NCBI GenBank assembly: GCA_963734495.1
Contig: CAVTHK010000001.1
Location: 32,001 to 96,000, forward strand
DNA: 64,000 nt
Direction: 5' to 3'
From: an uncultured Spirochaetota bacterium
GTDB taxonomy: Bacteria > Spirochaetota > Spirochaetia > SZUA-6 > CAVTHK01
Part shown: piece after piece, positions 1 through 8,174 of the stretch
Layout: the number at the start of each line of letters is the position of its first letter
Position numbering within the stretch: the stretch's first letter is position 1
Notes under the pieces: model-generated
Databases searched by the model: none
What the model was told of the DNA's origin: nothing
The model's input: the letters and a program-made list of their open reading frames with translations, nothing else
Made by a program: the position numbers and the translations under genes

Positions 1-241
1 CGCGGCCGGCCAGCTCGTCGAGCGTCGCGCGTGCCTCGGGCTCACGCACGTGCCACGCCCGCGCGGCCTGCCCCGCGGTGAACGGCCTGATGGGCAGCAA
101 CGCGACCAGGCGCGCCTCGCGCTCGCTGAAGAGAAGAGCGAGGATCTTGTACAGCACCTCGGAGGCGGGAGCGCCCTGCGGGAACCTGTTCAGCCGCTCG
201 ACGAGAGACGCGTAACCCGACCTGAGCGTCGCGTGGGCCAC
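1..241 (-). CDS. N-terminal part of a probable 4Fe-4S-binding (ferredoxin-domain) protein, runs off the window edge
   Basis: Manual translation from GTG at 241: MAHATLRSGYASLVERLNRFPQGAPASEVLYKILALLFSEREARLVALLPIRPFT..., open to position 1; resembles the N-terminus of a widespread 4Fe-4S dicluster protein family (cluster motifs lie outside the window). Confidence 0.6.
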   Translation of the reverse strand, partial: MAHATLRSGYASLVERLNRFPQGAPASEVLYKILALLFSEREARLVALLPIRPFTAGQAARAWHVREPEARATLDELAGR

Positions 242-296
242 TTCGGCAGCATGATAGCCGGAGCCCGCCGCGCGGTAAAGGCGCGGACAGGGACCC

Positions 297-890
297 TCAC
301 GAGCCTGAGCGCCACAGCCGCGGCGGCCGGCGCATGTCCCGCACCTCGGCTTCGGCCATGGCCGCCGACGCTCGAGCGAGAGCTTCCCCTATCCCTTCGG
401 TGGACGCGTCGGTCGCCTGTCCGTAGGTCAGAGACATCGCCATGCCGATCGTGAAGATCCACATCCGGTCGCACAGCCGGTCCACGGCGGCCGGAGGCAG
501 CCTCCGCGTTGCGGGCTCCGCCCGCAGGCGGTCGGCGAGGGCCGCGCGGAAGCGGGAGCGGAGCTCGAAGCGGTAGCCTCCCGCCTGGTGGATGGCGAGG
601 GAGAGCTTCGGCTCGTCGCGGCCGAACACGGCGACGCCGACGCCCAGGTTGAGCAGCGGGTCCGCGGCGTAGGTCCGCGACACGGCCGACTCCAGCATCC
701 GGGAGGCGGCCTCGAGCACGTGCCGCCTGAGCTCCGCCATCGAGCCGAACGCCGTGTAGACGGGCGCCACCGAGCACCCGATCCGCTGCGCGACGGCCCG
801 TGCGGTCAGAGCCTGCAGGCCCTCCTGGCGCACCAGGGCGAACGCCGCGGTTCCGATCAGGTTTTTCGAAAAGGCCACGCTTCTGGACAG
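297..890 (-). CDS. TetR/AcrR family transcriptional regulator
   Basis: N-terminal HTH (EGLQALTARAVAQRIGCSVAPVYTAF); ORF track starts at GTG 878, but in-frame CTG at 890 has AGGAG 7 nt upstream. Confidence 0.85.
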   Translation of the reverse strand: MSRSVAFSKNLIGTAAFALVRQEGLQALTARAVAQRIGCSVAPVYTAFGSMAELRRHVLEAASRMLESAVSRTYAADPLLNLGVGVAVFGRDEPKLSLAIHQAGGYRFELRSRFRAALADRLRAEPATRRLPPAAVDRLCDRMWIFTIGMAMSLTYGQATDASTEGIGEALARASAAMAEAEVRDMRRPPRLWRSGS

Positions 891-901
891 GCACCTTCTC
901 C

Positions 902-928
902 TAACATGCGTTATTATAACACCTGCTA
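902..928. promoter_or_regulatory. Probable TetR operator pair in the divergent intergenic region
   Basis: AT-rich tandem imperfect palindromes TAACATGCGTTA (902-913) and TAACACCTGCTA (917-928) just upstream of the TetR gene. Confidence 0.5.
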
Positions 929-1018
929 TTTTCAGCCTCAGGCCGCGGGAGAGGCTTGCGCGGCTCCGTGTCAGACTGCCCGCGATGGTCTATCCTTTGA
1001 TCAAGGAGACGACCGGCC

Positions 1019-1936
1019 CTGGAAGGCGAGCTTCAACTCGCCAGGATCGTCAACTCGCGGGACTTTGCGGCGGTCCTGGCCGAGACTCTGAGGATCTACC
1101 AGCTCCACTATCCTGAAAGCGGCGCGAAGACGCTGAGAGAGCGCTATCGGCACGCCGAGTCGCTGTACGCAGGCACGTTCCCGGGCTACCGCCAGTGTCT
1201 GGTCGAGTACCACGACTTCCGCCACACGATGGACGTCACGCTCGCCACGGCGCGGCTGATCGACGGCTACAACCTGGCGTCGGCGCCGCTCGAGGTCGAG
1301 GTGGCGAGCGGCCTGCTGCTCGCGGCCCTCCTGCACGACACCGGCTACATCCAGGAGGACTGGGACGCCGAGGGCACGGGCGCCAGGTACACCAAGGAGC
1401 ACGAGCGGCGCAGCGTGGAGTTCATGTGGAAGAACGCGGGCGTGTTCGGGATCGAGTCGGCCGCGCTTCCCGGCCTCGCGCGCATGATCCAGGCGACCGA
1501 CCTCAAGCTGGCTTTCGCCGACATCCCCTACTCCTCCGCGCAGGAGCGGACCGCCGGGGCGATCCTGGGGTCCGCGGACCTCCTCGGGCAGATGGCCGAC
1601 CGAGAGTACCTGGAAAAGCTGCTCTTTCTCTACTACGAGTTCCGCGAAGCCGGCATCCCGGGGCACAACACCGAGTTCGACATCCTGCGCAAGACGCGTG
1701 GCTTCTACGAGAGCACGCGGGAGCGCCTCGCGCGGACGCTGCTGGGCGTGCACGAGGTGGCCCGCCTGCACTTCCGGGAGCGTTTCGGCGACGATCGTGA
1801 CCTCTACGACGTGGCGATCGAGAGGCAGATGGCCTATCTCGACGGGATCATCGCGGACTCGACGACGAACTTCCGCCACAAGCTGCACAGGGGCGATCAG
1901 AGGAGGCTCCACGAGCGCCGCGCCCCGGCGGCCTGA
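1019..1936 (+). CDS. HD-superfamily metal-dependent phosphohydrolase
   Basis: Motifs YHDFRHT, LLHDTGY, HERRS, ADLLGQ; frame is open upstream of ATG 1229 back to TGA 998-1000; CTG at 1019 follows AAGGAG (1003-1008). Confidence 0.8.
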   Translation: MEGELQLARIVNSRDFAAVLAETLRIYQLHYPESGAKTLRERYRHAESLYAGTFPGYRQCLVEYHDFRHTMDVTLATARLIDGYNLASAPLEVEVASGLLLAALLHDTGYIQEDWDAEGTGARYTKEHERRSVEFMWKNAGVFGIESAALPGLARMIQATDLKLAFADIPYSSAQERTAGAILGSADLLGQMADREYLEKLLFLYYEFREAGIPGHNTEFDILRKTRGFYESTRERLARTLLGVHEVARLHFRERFGDDRDLYDVAIERQMAYLDGIIADSTTNFRHKLHRGDQRRLHERRAPAA

Positions 1937-2004
1937 GCCCGATCGCCGCGCGTCTCGGGCGCGGACCGACAGACCCCGACGCCCGAAAACAGCGGGGGCG
2001 CGGA

Positions 2005-2382
2005 TCAGGCGGCCGGCCGCCTGATCGAGTAGGTCATGCGGTCGACCGACCACTCGCGTTCGATCGCGCCCGTCCGCTCGAGCTCAAGAAGCCGCTCTGC
2101 GACGAGCTTCGCGGGAAGGCCGAGAGCGGCCGACACCGCGGTCTGGTCCACTTGGCCGCCTCTCTGGGCGATCAGCGCCGTCACCTGGGCCTCGAAATCG
2201 CCGAGCGTCTCCCGCTGAGCCTCCGAGAGCGCCGCGGCCGTCGCCTTTCGCTCCCTCGCCCGTGCGATCCACCACGCGGCCGCCGACGCGATGATCAGCA
2301 GCGTCGCGCCGGCGATCACGGGCACGATCCACGTTTCCCACCCGAAACCGAACAAATGGTATCCATAGTATCCGCCACGCAT
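2005..2382 (-). CDS. Small membrane-anchored protein with C-terminal winged-helix-like domain
   Basis: ATG 2382 with AAGGAG upstream; one TM helix (WIVPVIAGATLLIIASAAAWWI), then QTAVSAALGLPAKLVAERLLELERTGAIER wHTH pattern. Confidence 0.65.
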   Translation of the reverse strand: MRGGYYGYHLFGFGWETWIVPVIAGATLLIIASAAAWWIARARERKATAAALSEAQRETLGDFEAQVTALIAQRGGQVDQTAVSAALGLPAKLVAERLLELERTGAIEREWSVDRMTYSIRRPAA

Positions 2383-2407
2383 TTTCTGTGCTCCTTGCTC
2401 GATTCTG

Positions 2408-2423
2408 TGCACGCACCGTGCCA
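2408..2423 (-). promoter_or_regulatory. Candidate sigma-54 (-24/-12) promoter
   Basis: Minus strand TGGCACG-GTGC-GTGCA, one mismatch to TGGCACG-N4-TTGCW, 25 nt upstream of ATG 2382. Confidence 0.55.
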
Positions 2424-2619
2424 TGCCGACACGCACCTGGCCGCCGCCGACCAACTCTCCATGCAGCGGTGAATTGCGTAAGGTCACGGCGAGCACCGCG
2501 CGTCGTGGCTGATCGGGACGAGTGCGCGGATCCTGCGCGGTTCGCCGGGCTCGGCACTCGCTGCGCACACGGCCTCGACCGGGCGACTGCCTGCTCCGCC
2601 GGCGCGGAACATCCGCAGG

Positions 2620-3561
2620 TCACCCCTCGTCGCCGATGCCGTCCCGGGCGACCTTTGCCGGCGCAGGCGCGTCGGGCAGGAGATGCCGGGGCAGGAAAGC
2701 CATCCCCGCGATGAGCGTCGGCACGACGGCGCTCGCTATGACGACGGCCACGAGGAACGAGTACTGGCCCCGCGTTACGATTCCGTGCGAGAGACCATAG
2801 AGCGCGGAGATCGAGCCAAAGGTCAAACCCGTCGACATCATCAGCGTGTAGTACCATCGCTCACTGCGGTCACGGCGGAACCGCGAGACGACCGGGACGA
2901 GGCCGAAGATCTTTGAAAGCACCTTGCCCGCGAGAAGCGCGACAAACACCAACGGAGCGGCGACCAGGGCCGGCAGAGAGACAAAGGTTCCCGCTCGCAG
3001 AAAGTAGAACGGCGTGAGGAATCCGACCGTCAGAGTCCGCAGTCGGCGAATCCAGTGCGCGTCCGTGCTCGAGAACTCAGCCAGGATCATCCCGATCAGA
3101 TACGCCGGAAGCACCGCCTCGCTTCCCGACCACGCGGCAAGCGCGCCGAGCCCGAAGAGGACGAGGATGACCCACTTGGTCCGGATGGCGGCCGTGCGGT
3201 GGGCGTAAGTGCGGGCCAGCCTGCGCGTCAAGAGCGGAAGGAGCGCAAGCGCAACCGCCGTCGCCACGACAAAGACCACCGACTTCCAGGTGAACGGCGC
3301 GAACAGCAGTCCTAGGGCAATCACAGTCCCGAGGTCATTGACGAAGCAGGCGCCGAGGATGCCCTTGCCGAACGCAGTCTTGTTGAAGCCGGTCTCGATC
3401 ATGACCGAGTAGACCACGGCCATCGAGGTCGTGGAGAGCGCCACGCCGCAGAGCAGGCTGGCGCGGGCGTCCCAGCCCAGCAGGAAATGCGCGATCGCGG
3501 CGCACCCCGCGAACGGAGCGAGGAAGCCGACGAGACCGACCGAGATCACCTCCCTGGCCTT
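2620..3561 (-). pseudogene. Cation:proton antiporter (CPA2/Kef-type), 3' part, interrupted by RIT element
   Basis: Multi-TM protein with ALSTTSMAVV and ACFVNDLGT motifs; resumes KAREVISVGLVGFLAPF directly after the element end. Confidence 0.9.
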
Positions 3562-3566
3562 TGCGG

Positions 3567-3590
3567 CGTTATGCCGACATCGGCATAACG
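3567..3590. repeat. Terminal palindrome of the RIT element
   Basis: CGTTATGCCGA-CA-TCGGCATAACG, perfect 11-bp arms. Confidence 0.9.
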
Positions 3591-3591
3591 T

Positions 3592-3622
3592 GCATTATGC
3601 CGACCGCCGGATTATGCCGACT
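3592..3622. repeat. RIT terminal inverted repeat (ritC side)
   Basis: GCATTATGCCGACCGCCGGATTATGCCGACT, exact reverse complement of 6939-6969; holds two TTATGCCGAC boxes. Confidence 0.95.
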
Positions 3623-3688
3623 TCGGTGGTCCACGGCCTATCGGGTCGCGGTGAAGAACGGTTTTCTCGGCTTGGGCTGGCGGCATAA

Positions 3689-4684
3689 TCAAAGCGTGCT
3701 GAGAAAGGCCAGCAGGCGGTCAGGAGGTCGGTAACGGCGGGCGGCCGCGAGGCTGGGAGCTGTCTTCGCCAGGGCCCGTTCCTTCGCGGCGAGGTCGACT
3801 GCGAGATAGACGTGGGTGGTTTCCACCGACTCGTGTCCGAGCCACAGGGCGATGACCGCGGAATCGATGCCGGCCTCGAGCATCCGAACCGCTCTGGTGT
3901 GCCGAAGAACGTGGGGGGAGACGCGTTTGTTGGCGAGCGAGGGACAGGAGGCGGCTGCGGCCTTGCTGGCATGCCTGTGCAGCCGCTTTTCGACGGCGTC
4001 GCGGCTCATGAAACCGCCACGCTGGCTTGGGAAGAGCGGATCCGTGGGCTGAGCGGGCTGTGCCCTGAGCCAGGCTCGCAGGACGCCGACGGTCTCTTTC
4101 CTCAGCGGGGTCATTCGCTCCTTCCGCCCCTTGCCCATGCAACGGACGTGGGCCCCGGGCCCTTCGAGTTCCAAGTCGGCCTGCGTCAGCCGAGTGATCT
4201 CGGAGACACGCAGTCCGGTCTGCTCGGCGAGTAGGAGCAGAGCGTGGTCGCGGCGGCCGATCCAGCTGGAGGTGTCCGGTGCCGCGAGCAAGGCATTGAT
4301 CTCCTGCTGGGTGAGGAACTCGACTGTCTTTCGGTCGAACCGCTTCTGGGGGATCGCCAGCACGCGCTGGATCAATGCGCTGTGCTCGGGAACCTCGGTG
4401 GCCGCGTAGTGGAAGAAGGCGCGGATAGCCGACAGTCGCGCGTTGCGCGAGCGGGGGGAGTTGTTCCGCTCGGTCCCCAAGGAGTCGAGGAAGGCGGTGA
4501 CCATTGGGGCTTCGAGGTCGGCGAGCAGGAGGTCTGAGGGTTTCTTCCCCAGCTCTTTCTCCGCGAATCGGAGCAGCAGCCGGAAGGTGTCGCGGTAGGC
4601 GGCGATGGTGTTCGGGCTGGCTTGGCGTTGCTTGCCGAGCCGCACCAGGAAGAATGCCTCGAGAAGGGGTGCGAGGGCGCTCAT
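3689..4684 (-). CDS. ritC: Tyrosine recombinase, third of trio
   Basis: GLRVSE, GKGRK, HVLRH, LGH, THVY catalytic set; 331 aa. Confidence 0.92.
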   Translation of the reverse strand: MSALAPLLEAFFLVRLGKQRQASPNTIAAYRDTFRLLLRFAEKELGKKPSDLLLADLEAPMVTAFLDSLGTERNNSPRSRNARLSAIRAFFHYAATEVPEHSALIQRVLAIPQKRFDRKTVEFLTQQEINALLAAPDTSSWIGRRDHALLLLAEQTGLRVSEITRLTQADLELEGPGAHVRCMGKGRKERMTPLRKETVGVLRAWLRAQPAQPTDPLFPSQRGGFMSRDAVEKRLHRHASKAAAASCPSLANKRVSPHVLRHTRAVRMLEAGIDSAVIALWLGHESVETTHVYLAVDLAAKERALAKTAPSLAAARRYRPPDRLLAFLSTL

Positions 4685-5604
4685 GTGTGCACCTCATGGG
4701 AGCGCCGGCAGCGCTCGCTGACCAAGGCGAGAAGCTCCGGAACCGCGGTCAGATACCAGTAGGTCATGGTCGGGTTGAGGTGGCCCAGGTAGGTCGACAG
4801 CAGTGGCAGCCTTGATTCCACGTCGACACCGCAGCGATACCAGCCGATGAGCGTGCGGACGGCGAAGGTGTGGCGGAGGTCGTGGATGCGCGGGCGGCGT
4901 GGGCTGCGGTTGGCGAGACCCGCCCGGTCGATGAGGCGATGGAAGCGCAAATGGACGTTGGCGTAGATGAGCGGCTTGCCGGCTCGCGAGAGGAACAGAC
5001 GCGAGGAGTACTGGATGGGCAGGAGGCGGTCGCGATTGCGGGCATAACGGCCGAGGGCCTCGACGCTCGACGGGTGAAGCGGGATCTCGCGGGACTTGCC
5101 GAACTTTGACCCACGCACGACGAGCAGGCCTCGGTCGTGGTCGAGGTCACGGCGGTCGAGCCTTATGGCCTCGCCCACACGCATGCCTGTGACGGCGAGC
5201 AGGGCGAGAAGGGTCGCGTCGGTAAAGGCGCTGTGGTGATCCCGCTGTGAGCGCGCCGCCTCAAGGAGCCTGTCGATGTCGTCCTTAGAGTAGATGTAGG
5301 GCCTCAGGCGCCGGGATGCGGGCGGCAGAAGATGATGAGGCGGGACCTCGGTGCGGGGGTCAAAGGACTGTGCGTAAAGAGCGAACTGGCGGATGATGCC
5401 TAAGCGTGTGGCCCACCACCGGGGCGATGCCGCGGCCGGTTTGGTAGCCCACTGGAGGGCGAGCTTCGTCGTGATCGAGTTGCTGCCGGCAGCGAGCACT
5501 GAGTTGACGAACTCGTGCAAGCGCCTGCCGACGTGCTGGAGCTTGTACCCCGTGGCGTGACGGGTGGCGAGGTAGTCGTCGAGGATCTGGTGGAGGTTGC
5601 TCAT
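4681..5604 (-). CDS. ritB: Tyrosine recombinase, second of trio
   Basis: GMRVGE, SKFGKSR, HDLRH, LSTYLGH, TYWY; ATG 5604 overlaps the upstream stop (ATGA). Confidence 0.92.
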   Translation of the reverse strand: MSNLHQILDDYLATRHATGYKLQHVGRRLHEFVNSVLAAGSNSITTKLALQWATKPAAASPRWWATRLGIIRQFALYAQSFDPRTEVPPHHLLPPASRRLRPYIYSKDDIDRLLEAARSQRDHHSAFTDATLLALLAVTGMRVGEAIRLDRRDLDHDRGLLVVRGSKFGKSREIPLHPSSVEALGRYARNRDRLLPIQYSSRLFLSRAGKPLIYANVHLRFHRLIDRAGLANRSPRRPRIHDLRHTFAVRTLIGWYRCGVDVESRLPLLSTYLGHLNPTMTYWYLTAVPELLALVSERCRRSHEVHT

Positions 5605-6812
5605 GCCGCACCTCCGGGCCACGGCTGCGCGAGCTCGTGCAACCGGCAGTAGTCCACCTTGGCGTAGATCGCCGTGGTCGCGTGGTGGCGGTGACGGAGG
5701 GCCTGCGCGATCTCATCAAGGGTCGCTCCCCGGCGCAGCATCGTGGTGGCGGCGCTGTGCCGCAGCCGGTGAGCGCCGACCGGTGGCAGCTGGACGCGCT
5801 TGCAGGCGTCCCGGACGATAGAGGTAACAGCGCTGCTGCCGAGTGGGCCGTGGGGGACGTGATGGCCCAGGAACAAGGAGCGCCAGCTCGTCTTCCTGCG
5901 CCGCCGCAGATAGGAGGCGAGCGCGCTGCCCACCTCCTCCAGAAGCGGCATGCGGTCCTCCCGCCCGCCTTTGCCACGGATGAGCAGGATGCCCTCCCGC
6001 CAGTTCACGTCGTCGAGGCTCAGAGACGCGACCTCCTTCGCTCGCAGTCCCATACGAGCCAGGAGCAAGAGGACCGCGTAGTCGCGGCGGCCGAGGGTGG
6101 AGCGCCTGTCGCAGCTGTCGACGATGGCGTTTACTTGCTCGGGAGCGAGGTACTTCGGCAGTGAAGCCATGCGGCTGCCGGCGACCTTGGGGACGGCGCC
6201 CCTGAGGTCCATGGTGATGTCGCCCCGTAGCTGCAGATAGCGCAGGAATGAGCGAAGGCCGGTGAGCGTCGCCCGGGTCTGGTCGACGTTAGATCCCCGT
6301 GAACTGTCGAGGACGTAGCGCTTGACCGTAGCGCCGTCGAGCGAGGACAGATCCAACTCGCCAGACGGTGAGGTCTTCACCAGCAACTGCCGGGCTTCGG
6401 CGCGGTACTTCCGAGCCACACCAGGGGTGAGCCCCTGATCGTGGATCAGCGAGCCCTCGTACTCGCTCAACAGCTGCTCGAGTGGCGTCAGTGGGGAGAG
6501 TGGCGCGGCCGGGGAAGGCTCGGGTATCAGCCCCGCTCCGGCAAGGAAGCGGAGAACCGCAACGAGGCTTCCCCGGCTCAGGAACTGGGTGTAGCCTCTA
6601 TCTCGCCTCGCGCAAAGGAACGAATCGACCTGCTCATCGGACAGGTCCTGTAGCCCGAGACTCTGCTCCTCGAGCCATCGGCTCAGATGACTCGCCACTC
6701 CCAGCAGATTCCTGCACGAGAGGATCGCGTAGCCCTGTCGAAGCAGGTCTGACCTGAGCTCTCGGACGTGATGCGCCAGGGGTCCGGAAAACCGGACGGT
6801 AGGAAACCGCAT
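5601..6812 (-). CDS. ritA: Tyrosine recombinase, first of trio
   Basis: GLRAKE, GKG, HRLRH, LRH, IYAKVD; long N-terminal region; GGGAGG before ATG 6812. Confidence 0.92.
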   Translation of the reverse strand: MRFPTVRFSGPLAHHVRELRSDLLRQGYAILSCRNLLGVASHLSRWLEEQSLGLQDLSDEQVDSFLCARRDRGYTQFLSRGSLVAVLRFLAGAGLIPEPSPAAPLSPLTPLEQLLSEYEGSLIHDQGLTPGVARKYRAEARQLLVKTSPSGELDLSSLDGATVKRYVLDSSRGSNVDQTRATLTGLRSFLRYLQLRGDITMDLRGAVPKVAGSRMASLPKYLAPEQVNAIVDSCDRRSTLGRRDYAVLLLLARMGLRAKEVASLSLDDVNWREGILLIRGKGGREDRMPLLEEVGSALASYLRRRRKTSWRSLFLGHHVPHGPLGSSAVTSIVRDACKRVQLPPVGAHRLRHSAATTMLRRGATLDEIAQALRHRHHATTAIYAKVDYCRLHELAQPWPGGAA

Positions 6813-6938
6813 CGTGACCTCCCTTCCCAACCAGTGGTCGGGACGAGGTCACTATGTGCCAAGCAGCCCGGATTATGCCGCCAAGGGGATCGAGAAAAAC
6901 CCTATCCGCGGCAGGAAAACCGCAGACTCGACCGAGTG

Positions 6939-6969
6939 AGTCGGCATAATCCGGCGGTCGGCATAATGC
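6939..6969. repeat. RIT terminal inverted repeat (ritA side)
   Basis: AGTCGGCATAATCCGGCGGTCGGCATAATGC. Confidence 0.95.
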
Positions 6970-7224
6970 GCGCATCACCTCCGGTTCGAGCTCGGCGCCC
7001 GCGAGAAAAGTGAGCAGGACGGCGCCCGAGGAAGCGAGGAAACGCAGCCACTCGAGGTCCGCGCCGAGGGCCTGGCCCTTTCCGAGCGCCCCGGCCGCCG
7101 CCGCCGCCGCGACGCCGACGCAGATCTCCACGAGGGCGATCGAGACCCTCAGGTGGTAGGCGATGATCGCGGATGCTACGGCGAGCCCCAGCCAGAGGGC
7201 GGCCACGGTGAATGCCTGCTCCAC
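6967..7224 (-). pseudogene. Cation:proton antiporter, 5' part (86 codons)
   Basis: GTG 7224 with AGAGGAG; MEQAFTVAALWLGLA...SIALVEICVG...LLTFLAGAELEPEVMRA, a typical CPA2 N-terminus that ends at the inverted repeat. Confidence 0.9.
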
Positions 7225-7225
7225 A

Positions 7226-7903
7226 TCAGAACACTCCTCTGCGACCTGTCGCGACTTCGATGGCCCGCAGCCACGAGTCGCTCTCTTCCGCGTCCGCTTC
7301 GGCGGCGAAGCGGTAGTCCTGTTTTCTCTGGTACTCCTCGAGCATATGCAGCAGGACGGACAGTTTGGGACGATGGACCTCCATGAGCCGCGCTCGCCGG
7401 CGCTCGTCCGCCTGCCCGGCCGCGACGAGCAGGTGCGGGTAGCAGAGCCCGCCCGACCCCCGCAGCGCTTCGTGCATGTCCGCATCATCCAGCGCGTCCA
7501 GCAGCGTCCGCGTGTTGCGAGCGCGCGTCTGCTCGGCGAAACGGCAGGCAGGGCAGCGGGCGGAGCGGTCCGCAATCGAGGTCCGCCCGCGGCGGGCTTT
7601 CGCGGCTGCCGAGCCGTCTTTCTCCAGCGCGTCGAGGATCCTCCTGATCTGGTCCTGGTAGAGAATCGCCGTGCCCAGCCCGTCGCCGAGGTCGGCAAGC
7701 CGGTGGGCGTGGCGGGCGCAGAAGCCTCCCGACTTTTTCAAGTCGTCGCGGATCGACTGGTCGTTGACCTTCTCGTAGAGAATCCCTTCGAGGTAACGCT
7801 TGACGGCGCCGTCTTCCAGGGCACACAGCGCACAGCCCTTCGAGCCCTGGAGAGCTTCGAGCACCCGAAAGTAGGGCAGATGCTTCTCATGAATCCGCTT
7901 CAA
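7226..7903 (-). CDS. DUF6062-like protein with duplicated CxxC...CxxH motif
   Basis: CALC..YEKVND..GGFCARH and CPAC..GGLCYPH; probable TTG start at 7903 (GGAAGG upstream). Confidence 0.7.
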   Translation of the reverse strand: MKRIHEKHLPYFRVLEALQGSKGCALCALEDGAVKRYLEGILYEKVNDQSIRDDLKKSGGFCARHAHRLADLGDGLGTAILYQDQIRRILDALEKDGSAAAKARRGRTSIADRSARCPACRFAEQTRARNTRTLLDALDDADMHEALRGSGGLCYPHLLVAAGQADERRRARLMEVHRPKLSVLLHMLEEYQRKQDYRFAAEADAEESDSWLRAIEVATGRRGVF

Positions 7904-8013
7904 GTCGGTGGCCTTCCGGTTCGTGCAGGACACGGGCAGGGGAGGCAGGACGCAAGCGCCGGAGGCCGCTTCCGTACGAGAAAGAGCGCCTGCCTGTGCG
8001 ACGCGCCGGCCAA
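7900..8013 (-). CDS. Possible 37-aa leader ORF behind the fluoride riboswitch
   Basis: GGAGG (8019-8023), 5 nt, TTG 8013; its TGA overlaps the next TTG start (TTGA). Confidence 0.35.
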   Translation of the reverse strand: MAGASHRQALFLVRKRPPALASCLPCPCPARTGRPPT

Positions 8014-8035
8014 TGGAGCCTCCTACCACTGCGCG

Positions 8036-8090
8036 AGGTAGGAGTCATCAGCCTTGCGGGCGGTTGGACGAGGGGGACTCCATCCCCTGA
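8036..8090 (-). ncRNA. Fluoride (crcB) riboswitch
   Basis: Minus strand GGGGATGGAGTCCCC-ctcgtcc-AACCGCCcgcaaGGCTGATGACTCCTAC matches the GATGG..AACCGC..GCTGATGACTCCTAC consensus; GGAGT/ACTCC pseudoknot pairing is present. Confidence 0.92.
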
Positions 8091-8174
8091 GGGCACAACC
8101 TTACCGCGGCGATTCCGCGATCGTCAAGGCAGAGAGCGCGGCGCCCTCTTGCGCCGGGGGAGCGGAGCGACACA

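Larger units (their letters stand above)
3566..6970 (-). mobile_element. RIT (recombinase-in-trio) element, 3405 bp
   Basis: Three tandem tyrosine recombinases with ATGA overlaps, 31-bp perfect terminal inverted repeats, flanking TGCG direct repeat (3562-3565, 6967-6970), splits a host gene. Confidence 0.95.

Noticed and set aside
1019-1936. HD protein as part of an anti-phage system
   Set aside because: No cyclase, nuclease or effector partner nearby; context is a TetR and an Fe-S protein
3567-3622. TTATGCCGA repeats as a CRISPR or iteron array
   Set aside because: Mixed orientation, spacers of only 2-8 bp, mirrored at the other end of the recombinase trio; no cas or rep gene seen
6634-7698. 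354-aa ORF as a real gene
   Set aside because: Chimera of a shadow frame, the antiporter N-terminus and read-through into the RIT end
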